64,000 bases of DNA from NCBI GenBank assembly GCA_963755835.1, contig CAVWLC010000005.1, positions 1,524,910 through 1,588,909 of the forward strand. Reading direction: 5' to 3'. A program made the translations under genes and the position numbers. The notes beneath the pieces were generated by a model. It was not told the DNA's origin, did not search any database, and saw only the letters and a list, made by a program, of their open reading frames with translations. This DNA comes from an uncultured Actinomycetota bacterium (lineage in GTDB: Bacteria > Actinomycetota > Actinomycetes > Propionibacteriales > Nocardioidaceae). This document shows positions 43,598-52,441 of the stretch, in pieces. Numbering within the stretch: position 1 is the stretch's first letter; each line of letters starts with the position of its first letter.

Positions 43598-44611
43598 TCA
43601 GTCGTCGGAGATGTCCAGGAGGACCTTGCCGACGGCGCCGGCCTCCACCGCATCGTGGGCAGCGGGGGCCTCCCCGAGAGGAAAATGGTGGAGCGGGAGG
43701 CCGGCGTCCTCGCCGACCCGGAGCGCGCCGGCGCGGACCGCGGCGGAGACGTCCTCGACCGCGGCTCGGGTCAGCCGGTCGTCGAGCGTGTAGAGGATCA
43801 GGTACTGGTAGCGCAGGTTCTTCGAGAACGTCGGCCGCAGCTGGACGGTGTACTCGTCGCCGCCGTTGTTGGCGTAGATCGCGACGGTGCCGTGCACCTT
43901 GGTCACCGCCACGTCGAGCTCGTTGTTCTGGGCCGGGGCCACCTCCACCACCAGGTCCACGCCGTCCGGCGCCACCGCGTGGATGGCCGCCTCGGCGTCG
44001 TCGTCGCGATAGTCCACCGCGTGGTGCGCGCCCGCCGCCGTGGCCAGCTCGGCCTTCTCGGGGCTGCTCACGGTGGTGACCACGGTGGCACCGGCCCACC
44101 GGGCCAGCTGGATCGCGGCGTTCCCGACCGCGCCCGCACCGCCGGCCACCAGGACGGTCATCCCGGACATCGAACCCGGCTCCAGCCGGGACGGCCCGAA
44201 CTCGCTCGAGGTCAGGGCGCGGTGGGCGGTGACGCCCGGTACGCCGAGCGAGGCACCCAGGTCGTACGACGCCTCGTCCGGGAGCGGTACGACGTGCGAG
44301 GCGGCCTGCACCGTGTACTCGGCCGCCGTACCGTGCGCCTTCTCCCGCTGGGCGAGCAGGACCCAGACCCGGTCGCCGACGGACAGGCCGTCCACGCCGT
44401 CGCCCAGCGCGTCCACGACGCCGGCCCCGTCCTGGCCAGGGGTGATCTCCGGCGCCGGCATCGGTTGCTGGCGCCGCTTCCAGTCGGTCGGGTTCACCCC
44501 CGACCGCACCAGCCGGACCCGCACCTCGCCCGGGCCGGGCTCGGGCAGGTCACGGTCGACGAGCTTCATGACCGAGGACGGACCGGGCTCGCTGAACACG
44601 ACGGCGCGCAT
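43598..44611 (-). CDS. NADPH:quinone oxidoreductase (zinc-type MDR family)
   Basis: MRAVVFSEPG...GEVRVRLVRSGVNPTD...VLVAGGAGAVGNAAIQLA. Confidence 0.88.
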   Translation of the reverse strand: MRAVVFSEPGPSSVMKLVDRDLPEPGPGEVRVRLVRSGVNPTDWKRRQQPMPAPEITPGQDGAGVVDALGDGVDGLSVGDRVWVLLAQREKAHGTAAEYTVQAASHVVPLPDEASYDLGASLGVPGVTAHRALTSSEFGPSRLEPGSMSGMTVLVAGGAGAVGNAAIQLARWAGATVVTTVSSPEKAELATAAGAHHAVDYRDDDAEAAIHAVAPDGVDLVVEVAPAQNNELDVAVTKVHGTVAIYANNGGDEYTVQLRPTFSKNLRYQYLILYTLDDRLTRAAVEDVSAAVRAGALRVGEDAGLPLHHFPLGEAPAAHDAVEAGAVGKVLLDISDD

Positions 44612-44683
44612 GGGCGCAAGGTACCCGCGCGGGTCGAGGAGACGCCTCGGCAGAGTGAAGAGCGGGTGGAGGTGGAGCCTGAG

Positions 44684-46012
44684 TCAGAACGCCGAGGCCA
44701 TGCCCGCGCAGGCGCGGAACCAGCTCATCCGGGTGGCGTGCGAGAGATCGCCGTACGGCAGCACCGAGCCGGCCACCAGCGCCGGGTCGTAGGGGACGCG
44801 GTAGACGCCCCTGGTCCGCTGCTGGTAGATGTCGACCAGGTCGGCGGCCAGCTTGCGGTCCACCGTCGCCGAGGGGTCCGAGAGCACGGTGACGGTCTTG
44901 TACTTCAGGTTCTGGTAGCCGGCGTCCTGCAGGGCGTCGAGCATCCACAGCCCGCTGTAGCCGGTGTCCTCGCGCACCGTCGAGGTGACGACGAGCAGAT
45001 CCGCGGCGTCCGCGGCGGCCAGCCAGTTCTCGGCCCGCATGTTGTTGCCGGTGTCGACGAGGATCACCCGGTAGAACCGCATCAGCAGCTGGTGGACGGA
45101 GTTGAAGTCGTCGGCGTGGATCTGGCCGGTGACGTTCGCGCTCTCATCGGAGGCGAGCACGTCGAAGTGCGCGTCGCCCTGGGACCGGACGTAGGACCCC
45201 AGGTCCCCGATCCGGGACTGCGAGACGTCGGCGAACTTGCCCATGTCGGCCAGCAGCTCTTTGGTGGTCTTGTGGTGCACGCTGCGGGCGCCCCGGATGC
45301 CGAGCGTGCCCCGGGTCTCGTTGTTGTCCCAGGCGACCACGCCGCCACCGCGGACGGTGCCGAAGGTGTAGCCGGCGGCCAGCACACCTGTGGTCTTCGC
45401 GGCGCCCCCCTTGGGGTTGATGAACGCGATCGTGACCGGGCCGTCGAAGTCCTTCTGGATCAGTGCGCGGTCCTGGGTGTACACCCGCTCGGCGGCGTTC
45501 ATCCGGGGCCTGATCGTCCCGCCGCTCCAGCGGCGCAGGCGGCCGCGCCAGCCCCAGGTGGCGGGGCCGGGCTCGGCGGCGTCGGCGCGGCGCTCGAGGA
45601 AGTCGGTGGCGGTCATGAACCGGCGTGGCTCGGCCGGCTGCTCGACAGCCGAGGGCGGAGCCACGGGCGGCGGTCCGGACGGGGGCGGTCCCTGCGGCGG
45701 GCCACCGGCCGGGCGCAGCGGCGGCGGGGGCGGCGGGCCGTTCGCCGGGCGGCTGGTCGGGCCGCCGGGCCGGCCGGACGGCGGCTGCGCGGCCGGCGTG
45801 ACCCAGCGGATCGGCGACACCGGCGGGGACGGCGGGGACGACGACTCGGGCAGCCGCGGCCGGACCACGGTGTGGTCGAGGTCCGGCAGCTGCGCGGTGT
45901 GCGGGTCGGAGCCGTTCCTCGCGTCCTCGGCCGCGGCGTAGGACGCCAGCTCCTCCGGCGTGTACAGCCGATCGCTCGTCTCGTCGGACAGATGGTCCTT
46001 GGGCTGCGACAT
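44684..46012 (-). CDS. MinD/ParA-family ATPase with a long proline-rich N-terminal region
   Basis: Deviant Walker A IAFINPKGGAAKTT and Walker B ILVDTGN. Residues ~50-130 are Pro-rich (GPPPPPPLRPAGGPPQGPPPSGPPPVAPP). Confidence 0.8.
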   Translation of the reverse strand: MSQPKDHLSDETSDRLYTPEELASYAAAEDARNGSDPHTAQLPDLDHTVVRPRLPESSSPPSPPVSPIRWVTPAAQPPSGRPGGPTSRPANGPPPPPPLRPAGGPPQGPPPSGPPPVAPPSAVEQPAEPRRFMTATDFLERRADAAEPGPATWGWRGRLRRWSGGTIRPRMNAAERVYTQDRALIQKDFDGPVTIAFINPKGGAAKTTGVLAAGYTFGTVRGGGVVAWDNNETRGTLGIRGARSVHHKTTKELLADMGKFADVSQSRIGDLGSYVRSQGDAHFDVLASDESANVTGQIHADDFNSVHQLLMRFYRVILVDTGNNMRAENWLAAADAADLLVVTSTVREDTGYSGLWMLDALQDAGYQNLKYKTVTVLSDPSATVDRKLAADLVDIYQQRTRGVYRVPYDPALVAGSVLPYGDLSHATRMSWFRACAGMASAF

Positions 46013-46134
46013 GGCTCCTCCTCGCGGCCGCCTCGACCGGCCCTACGCGGTCCATACCCGAGGCGTGCGCAGCTCACACGTTACGAGAACTCGTCTGTTC
46101 CGTCGCCCCCGGGGCGCGTGGGGGACGATCGGGG

Positions 46135-47512
46135 TCACTCCAGCCGGTTGAGGGCCGCCTCGATGGTGCGGTGGAACGTCGGGTAGGCGTAGTGCATCGT
46201 GCGCAGCCGTTCGACCGGCACCTCGCCGTGCACCGCGGTGACCAGCAAGCCGATGACCTCGCCGCCGTACGGCGCCAGCGACGGTGGCGCCCACCAGCAC
46301 CCCACGGTCAGCGTCCGCGACCACCTTGACGACGCCTTTGGTGCCCGGGCCGTGCAGCCAGCCCCGGGCGGACCTCTCGATCTGCGCGAGTCCGACCCGG
46401 ACGTCCAGCCCCTGCTCCCGGGCGCGCTGCTCGGTGAGCCCGACCGAGGCCAGCTCGGGGTCGGTGAAGATCACCATCGAGACCGCGCGGTAGTCGGCCG
46501 GCGGCCCGTCCCGGCCGAGGATGTCGGCCACTGCCCCGGCGGCCTGGTAGCGCGAGACGTGCGTGAACGCCCCGTGGCCGGTGATGTCGCCGACCGCCCA
46601 CAGCTGTTCGCCGGCCCGGAGGTGCTCGTCGGTGTCGATCGTGGCTGCGTCCGGATCGAGCCCGACGGTCTCGAGGCCGATGTCGTCGAGGTTGTTGTGG
46701 CGGCCGGCGGCCAGCAGCAGCTGGTCGGCCTCGAGGACCTCCCCCGCCACGCGCACGTGGAACCGGCCGTCGTGGTCGACCCGCTCCACCTCGAGCCCGG
46801 TCCGGACGTCGAGACCCTCCGCCCGCAGCACCTCGGTCAGCGCCGCACTCGCCTCCGGCTCGCTCTGGGCCGCGACCCGGTCGGCCGCCTCCAGCAGCGT
46901 CACCCGGGCGCCGAACCGGGCGAACGCCTGCGCCAGCTCGAGCCCGTTGGGACCCGCGCCGACTACGACCAGCCGGTCCGGGACCTCCGTGACCGCCACC
47001 GCCTCGCGGTTGGTCCAGTACGGCGTCCCGGCCAGCCCGTCGATCGGCAGCCGTAGCGGCTCGGTCCCCGTGTTGAGCAGCACCCCGCGCTTCGCCCGGA
47101 CCACGGTGGTGGCGCCGGACCGCTCGACCCGGACCACTCCTGGACCGTCGAGCCGCCCGTGCCCGCGGACGATCCGTACGCCGGCGTGCTGGAGCGGCTC
47201 CACGTGGTGGGTGTCGGTCCAGCCGTGGTTGGCCTCGCGGATGCGGGCCGCGACCAGCGACCAGTCGCGGTCGATGGTCGTGGGCCCGGCCAGCCGGTCG
47301 GCCCGGTGCACCTCGGCGACGAGATCTGCGGGCCGGACCATCAGCTTGGACGGTGTGCAGCCCCAGAACGGGCACTCGCCGCCGACCAGCGCCTGGTCGA
47401 CCCCGACGACGTCCAGGCCGGCCTCGGCCAGCTTGCGGGCGGCGTACTCACCGCCCGGGCCCAGCCCGAGCACCACCACGTCGCAGTCGGTGGTCGTCCC
47501 GTCACCGCTCAT
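46135..47512 (-). pseudogene. pyridine nucleotide-disulfide oxidoreductase (class I flavoprotein) with a 1-nt insertion at about 46273
   Basis: DVVVLGLGPGGE...GGECPFWGCTPSK is intact. After ...VLVGATVAG the frame is lost. One base later the other frame reads PYGGEVIGLLVTAVHGEVPVERLRTMHYAYPTFHRTIEAALNRLE-stop, collinear with the paralogue at 49730-51133. Confidence 0.8.
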
Positions 47513-47577
47513 GGCGCCACCCAACCATCCGCCGCAAGGGAGGGCGCCGGCGGCGAGATCCCTGACACGATGGGCGG

Positions 47578-48444
47578 GTGCCCGACCTGCGCCTGTCCGA
47601 GCTGCGCCGCTACCCGGTCAAGTCCTGTCGCGGGCAGCAGCTCGAGACCGCAGTGGTCGAGCCGTGGGGGCTGGCCGGCGACCGGCGGTGGATGCTGGTC
47701 GACGACGCCGGCGAGACCGTCACCGCTCGCGAGCACAAGGAGCTGCTCCTGATCCAGCCGCGGCTCCGGGCCGACGGCGGGCTCGAGGCGAGCGCGCCCC
47801 CGGACAGCGACCTCGGCGATCTCGTCGTGCCGCCACCCGAAGGCGGGCGCGTGACGGGCGTGACCGTGTTCGGGCGGGCACCGTTCGGTGCGACCGAGGC
47901 CGGCGGCGAGGCCGACGCGTGGTTCACCAAGGTGCTCGGCGAGCCGGTCCGCCTTGTCTTCGCCGACGACCCGAACCGGCGCCAGGCCAACCCGGAGTTC
48001 GCCGGCCCGGGGGTGCCGATGCACTTCGGCGACGGCTACCCGCTGCTGCTCACCACCGAGGCGTCGCTGACGGCGCTCAACGAGCTCATCGCCGCCGGGC
48101 CCCGAGCCGACGAGGGACCATTGCCCATGGTGCGCTTCCGGCCCAACCTCGTGGTCGCCGGCGGGGTGCCGTGGGCCGAGGACGGCTGGCGCCGGATCCG
48201 GGTCGGTCCGGCGGAGTTCCGCGTGGTCAAGGGGTGCGACCGCTGCGCCATCCCGACCACCGACGACCAGACCGCGGTCCGCCGCAAGGAGCCGACCTAC
48301 ACCCTGGCCCAGCACCGCCGCTGGGACGGCGCGGTGTGGTTCGGCATGAACCTGGTGCCGGTCACGCCCGGCGCCACCCTGCACGTGGGGGACGAGGTGG
48401 AGCTGGTCGACGCCCGGCCCGCTCCTGACGGACCGCCGAGGTAG
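47578..48444 (+). CDS. MOSC domain-containing protein
   Basis: LRRYPVKSCRG (N-terminal beta-barrel), and FRPNLVV...VKGCDRCAIPT (MOSC with conserved Cys). Confidence 0.88.
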   Translation: MPDLRLSELRRYPVKSCRGQQLETAVVEPWGLAGDRRWMLVDDAGETVTAREHKELLLIQPRLRADGGLEASAPPDSDLGDLVVPPPEGGRVTGVTVFGRAPFGATEAGGEADAWFTKVLGEPVRLVFADDPNRRQANPEFAGPGVPMHFGDGYPLLLTTEASLTALNELIAAGPRADEGPLPMVRFRPNLVVAGGVPWAEDGWRRIRVGPAEFRVVKGCDRCAIPTTDDQTAVRRKEPTYTLAQHRRWDGAVWFGMNLVPVTPGATLHVGDEVELVDARPAPDGPPR

Positions 48445-48447
48445 CCG

Positions 48448-48849
48448 ATGAGCATCGACATCGCAGACCAGCTCGCCGCCGCGATCCGAAGCCGGGACGC
48501 GGACCGGCTCGCCGCACTGTTCGCCGACGACTACGACAGCCGCCAGCCGGCGCACCCCGACCGTGCGTTCCGCGGCCGTGAGCAGGTGCGGACCAACTGG
48601 ACCGCGATCTTCTCCGGCGTCCCGGACTTCACTGCCGAGCTGCTGAGCGCGACCCGCGACGGCGACACGGTCTCCACGGAGTGGGCGTGGCACGGCACTC
48701 GCGCCTCCGGTGAGCCGCTCGAGATGGCGGGCGTGATGGTGCTCGGCCTCCGGGAGGGCCTGATCTCCTGGGCCCGGCTCTACGTGGAGGACGTCGACAG
48801 CGGCGCCGGGATCGACGCGGTGGTCAAGCACATGTCCGGCGGCTCCTGA
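48448..48849 (+). CDS. nuclear transport factor 2 / SnoaL-like family protein
   Basis: About 130 aa with an NTF2-like pattern (LAALFADDYDSRQP...TEWAWHGT...). Confidence 0.7.
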   Translation: MSIDIADQLAAAIRSRDADRLAALFADDYDSRQPAHPDRAFRGREQVRTNWTAIFSGVPDFTAELLSATRDGDTVSTEWAWHGTRASGEPLEMAGVMVLGLREGLISWARLYVEDVDSGAGIDAVVKHMSGGS

Positions 48850-48857
48850 CGGGCCGT

Positions 48858-49682
48858 TCAGTCGTTGAAGTGCCGGGCGCGGGCGAAGCAGAACAGCCCG
48901 TAGCAGGCGAGCCCGATCGCGATGAGGACCAGCAGGAACGGGCCGAACGGCTGCTGCAGCACCTTGTGCAGGGCCTGGTCGAGGCCGCCCGACTTCTTGG
49001 CCTCGTGCGTGAGCCCGGCGTACAGGAACAGCGCGCCCACGATGCCGAAGGTGATGCCCTTCGCGGTGTAGCCGACCTTGCCGAACCAGATGTACGCCTT
49101 CCCGGTCTCGCCGCTCTTGCCCTCCGCGTTGATGTGCTTGGCGAACTTCTCGGTGTAGGCCCGCTGGACCAGGTAGGCACCGATTCCCATGATCGCGATG
49201 CCGACCGCGCACACGATGGCCTGGCCGCCCGGCCAGTCCATCACCTTCGCCGTCGTCGAGTCGGAGCCGTTCTTGCCCGACGAGCTCGAACCGGTGGCGA
49301 TGTGAACGGCGCTGACGCCGATCACCACGTAGACGACCGCCTTGCCGGCAGACGTCACGCGCTTGCGGACCTTGGTGAACCCTTCCTCGTCCCGGTGGCC
49401 GAACAGCGCCTCGAGCGCCTGCCAGACCGCGAGCAGCAGCATGCCGAACGCCACCGCCCAGACGAGGAACTCTCCGAAGGGCTGCTGCTTGAGCTGCTGG
49501 AGCGCCCCCTGGGAGTCCGCCGAGCTCGAGTTGTCACCGAACGCCAGCTGGATCGCGATCCACGCGATCAGCAGGTGGACGACGCCGTAGGTGACCAGGC
49601 CGATCCGGGCCGCGCGATCGACCCAGTCGCTCTGGTGCACCTCACGTCCGGCCGACTCAGCCTGGGTGGTGATGCTGGTCAT
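48858..49682 (-). CDS. DUF1206 domain-containing membrane protein
   Basis: Triplicated repeat of the type RIGLVTYGVVHLLIAWIAI / GKAVVYVVIGVSAVHIA / GYTAKGITFGIVGALFLYA. Confidence 0.8.
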   Translation of the reverse strand: MTSITTQAESAGREVHQSDWVDRAARIGLVTYGVVHLLIAWIAIQLAFGDNSSSADSQGALQQLKQQPFGEFLVWAVAFGMLLLAVWQALEALFGHRDEEGFTKVRKRVTSAGKAVVYVVIGVSAVHIATGSSSSGKNGSDSTTAKVMDWPGGQAIVCAVGIAIMGIGAYLVQRAYTEKFAKHINAEGKSGETGKAYIWFGKVGYTAKGITFGIVGALFLYAGLTHEAKKSGGLDQALHKVLQQPFGPFLLVLIAIGLACYGLFCFARARHFND

Positions 49683-49729
49683 GGTGGTCCTCCCTCTCCA
49701 CCATGTCCGATACCCCGCGAGTGGCTGGG

Positions 49730-51133
49730 TCAGTCGCCACCCAGGTCAGCGAGGGCGGACTCGATGGCCCGGTGGAAGGTCGGGTAGGCGTAGATCATCG
49801 AGCGCAGCGTGTCCACCGGTACGCCGGCGTGGACGGCCACGACGAAGAAGCCGATGATCTCGCCACCGGACGGTCCGACCACGGTTGCGCCGACGACCAC
49901 CCCGCGGTCGGCGTCCTCGACCACCTTGATCACCCCGCGGGCACCCGGGCCGTGCGTGAAGCCGCGCGTCGACTCCTCGAGCTTGGTGGTGCCGACGCGC
50001 ACCGTGAGTCCCGCGTCCCGGGCCTGTTGCTCGGTCAGCCCGACGCCGGCCACCTCGGGGTCGGTGAAGGTGACGTGCGGGACCGCGTGGTACGCCGCCG
50101 GGGGGCCGTCCTCGCCGAGGATGTCGCGACGCGCGATGGCGTACTGGTACATCGACATGTGCGTGAACGCGCCGTGTCCGGTGGCATCGCCGATCACCCA
50201 CAGGCCGTCGCCGGCCCGCATCCGGCCGTCCACCGGCACGGAGCGGGCGGTGGGGTCGAGACCGACGGTCTCGAGGCCGATGTCGTCGTGGTTGGGCAGC
50301 CGGCCGGCCGCGACGAGCACCTTGTCGGCCGTCAGCTGCTCGCCGTTGTCCAGGGTGAGGTCGAACCGCCCGTCGGCGTACGACGCCTTGACGAGGTCGG
50401 AGCCGGTGACCACCCGGATCCCTTCGTGTGCGAACGTCTCGGCGATCAGGGCGGCCGCCTCCGGCTCGTTGGCGGGCAGGATCCGCTCCCCGTGCTGGAT
50501 GACGGTGACCCGGACGCCGAACCGGGCGAAGACCTGCGCCAGCTCGCAGCCGATCGGTCCGCCACCGACCACCACCAGCGAGCCGGGCAGCTCGGTGACC
50601 TGCACGGCGTCGCGGTTGGTCCAGAACGGCGTGTCCGCGAGCCCCTCGACCGGTGGGGTCGCGGGACGGGTGCCGGGGTTGAGGACGACCCCTCTGCCGG
50701 CCTCGTAGATCGTCGGGTCGGAGCCGTCGAGTGGTGTCACCGAGACCTGGGGGTGGCCGTCCGGGGACCGCCCGGCCAGCCGGGCCACGCCGTGCAACAC
50801 GGTCGCGCCGGCCTTCTCGAGTCGCTCCACGGCGACCCGGTCGTCCCAGTGGTCGGTGGCCTGCACCGAGACCCGCTCGGCCACCGGGGCCCAGCTGGAC
50901 CGGATGGTGACGTCGCCGGACAGCTCGGCGGCCCGGCCGGCCTCGGCGACCAGATCGGCCGCGCGCACCATCATCTTGGTCGGTACGCAGCCGAAGTAGG
51001 GGCACTCACCACCCACCAGGCGTCTGTCGACCGCCACGACCTTCAGGCCGGCCTTCGCGACGGCCGTCGCCAGCGCCTCACCTCCCGGCCCGAGTCCCGC
51101 CACCACCAGGTCCACCTGCTGCGCCTCCGCCAT
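49730..51133 (-). CDS. pyridine nucleotide-disulfide oxidoreductase (class I flavoprotein), intact paralogue
   Basis: DLVVAGLGPGGE...GGECPYFGCVPTK...YAYPTFHRAIESAL. ATG at 51133. Confidence 0.88.
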   Translation of the reverse strand: MAEAQQVDLVVAGLGPGGEALATAVAKAGLKVVAVDRRLVGGECPYFGCVPTKMMVRAADLVAEAGRAAELSGDVTIRSSWAPVAERVSVQATDHWDDRVAVERLEKAGATVLHGVARLAGRSPDGHPQVSVTPLDGSDPTIYEAGRGVVLNPGTRPATPPVEGLADTPFWTNRDAVQVTELPGSLVVVGGGPIGCELAQVFARFGVRVTVIQHGERILPANEPEAAALIAETFAHEGIRVVTGSDLVKASYADGRFDLTLDNGEQLTADKVLVAAGRLPNHDDIGLETVGLDPTARSVPVDGRMRAGDGLWVIGDATGHGAFTHMSMYQYAIARRDILGEDGPPAAYHAVPHVTFTDPEVAGVGLTEQQARDAGLTVRVGTTKLEESTRGFTHGPGARGVIKVVEDADRGVVVGATVVGPSGGEIIGFFVVAVHAGVPVDTLRSMIYAYPTFHRAIESALADLGGD

Positions 51134-51157
51134 GGGCCCAGCCTGCCGCACCCCAGG

Positions 51158-51279
51158 GTCGTTGAGGAGGGCCCAGGCACGGTGGTTGAGGAGGTTGCGC
51201 AGCAACCGTCTCGAAACCCCTGGCCCTGACCCCGCGTCCGGGGTTTCGAGACGGGCGCAGAGCGCCCTCCCCAACCACC
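51158..51279. repeat. family-B two-tier palindromic repeat
   Basis: Outer arms GGTGGTTGAGGAGG / CCTCCCCAACCACC pair 13/14. Inner arms CCGTCTCGAAACCCC / GGGGTTTCGAGACGG pair 15/15. The 11-nt side bulges are each self-complementary. A partial extra left arm lies at 51158-51170. Confidence 0.85.
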
Positions 51280-51286
51280 GGAGAGA

Positions 51287-51694
51287 TCAGACCAGCGAGG
51301 GCTTGTTGCGCAGCACCGCGCCGAGGATCCCGTTGACGAACTGCGGCGACTCGTCGGTGGACAGGTCCCCCACCAGCGCCAGGGCCTCACTGACCGCGAC
51401 GGCGTCGGGGACGTCGTCGACGTACAGCAGCTCGTAGATCCCCAGCCTCAGCACGTTGCGGTCGACGGCCGGCATCCGGCCCAGGGTCCAGCCCTGGGAG
51501 TACTCCGCCAGCACCTCGTCGATGCGCGGCTGGTGGTCGACCACGCCGCGGACGAGGTCCGCGGTGTACTCGTTGGTCGGGCCATCACCCTCCTCGATGG
51601 CGCGGTCGAGGGCCTCGACGGCCGGCTCACCGCGCAGCTCGGAGGCGTAGAGCAGGTCGAGGGCGCGCTTGCGGGCCTTGGAACGGGCTGCCAC
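51287..51694 (-). CDS. nusB: transcription antitermination factor NusB
   Basis: ARKRALDLLYASELRG...VDRNVLRLGIYELLY...FVNGILG. Confidence 0.94.
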   Translation of the reverse strand: MAARSKARKRALDLLYASELRGEPAVEALDRAIEEGDGPTNEYTADLVRGVVDHQPRIDEVLAEYSQGWTLGRMPAVDRNVLRLGIYELLYVDDVPDAVAVSEALALVGDLSTDESPQFVNGILGAVLRNKPSLV

Positions 51695-51701
51695 GGCCGT
51701 G

Positions 51702-52265
51702 CTACGACGTCACTCGGCCGAGATAGGAGCCGTCCCTGGTGTCGACCTTGATCTTCTCGCCCGTGGTGATGAACAGCGGCACGGAGACGTTCGCGCCGGT
51801 CTCGACGGTGGCCGGCTTGGTGCCCCCGGTCGAGCGGTCGCCCTGCAGCCCCGGCTCGGTGTAGGTGACCTCGAGCTCGACCGCGGCCGGGAGCTCGATG
51901 TAGAGCACGCGGCCGTCGTTGCTGGCCACGATGGCCTCCTGGTTCTCCAGGAGGTAGCTGGACGCGTCGCCCACGATGTCCGGCGCGACCTCGACCTGGT
52001 CGTAGGTGCCGGTGTCCATGAAGACGTACGACGTTCCGTCGTTGTAGAGGTACTGCATCGTCCGCTTGTCGACGTTGGCCACCTCGACCTTCACGTCGGC
52101 GTTGAAGGTCTTGTCGACGGTCTTGCCGGACTCGACGTTCTTGAGCTTGGAGCGGACGACCGCGCCACCCTTGCCGGGCTTGTGGTGCTGGAACCAGATG
52201 ACCTGCCAGAGCTGGCCGTCGAGGTTGAGCACCATGCCGTTCTTCAGGTCGTTCGTCGTTGCCAT
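51702..52265 (-). CDS. efp: elongation factor P
   Basis: [40 protein letters not shown]. Confidence 0.96.
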   Translation of the reverse strand: MATTNDLKNGMVLNLDGQLWQVIWFQHHKPGKGGAVVRSKLKNVESGKTVDKTFNADVKVEVANVDKRTMQYLYNDGTSYVFMDTGTYDQVEVAPDIVGDASSYLLENQEAIVASNDGRVLYIELPAAVELEVTYTEPGLQGDRSTGGTKPATVETGANVSVPLFITTGEKIKVDTRDGSYLGRVTS

Positions 52266-52441
52266 GTCGCTGCGCTCAGCCTTCGCGTCGAGTTGTCAAA
52301 GGACGGTGTCGTCCGGGGGGTCGGCCAGGGGTTCACCCAAGGGTCGGTCGCCGTGGACCAGCGGACGAGTCTAGCCAGTGCGCTGCCGTTTCTCCGACTC
52401 GGCAGTGGCGCCTGCTGTCCACCTGGGCTTGACTGTCGCGC

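Noticed and set aside
52428-52441. TTGACT hexamer immediately upstream of the TPR-like ORF as its -35 element.
   Set aside because: It lies only 8 nt from the proposed GTG start, which is incompatible with promoter geometry. The start codon or the promoter assignment remains unresolved.
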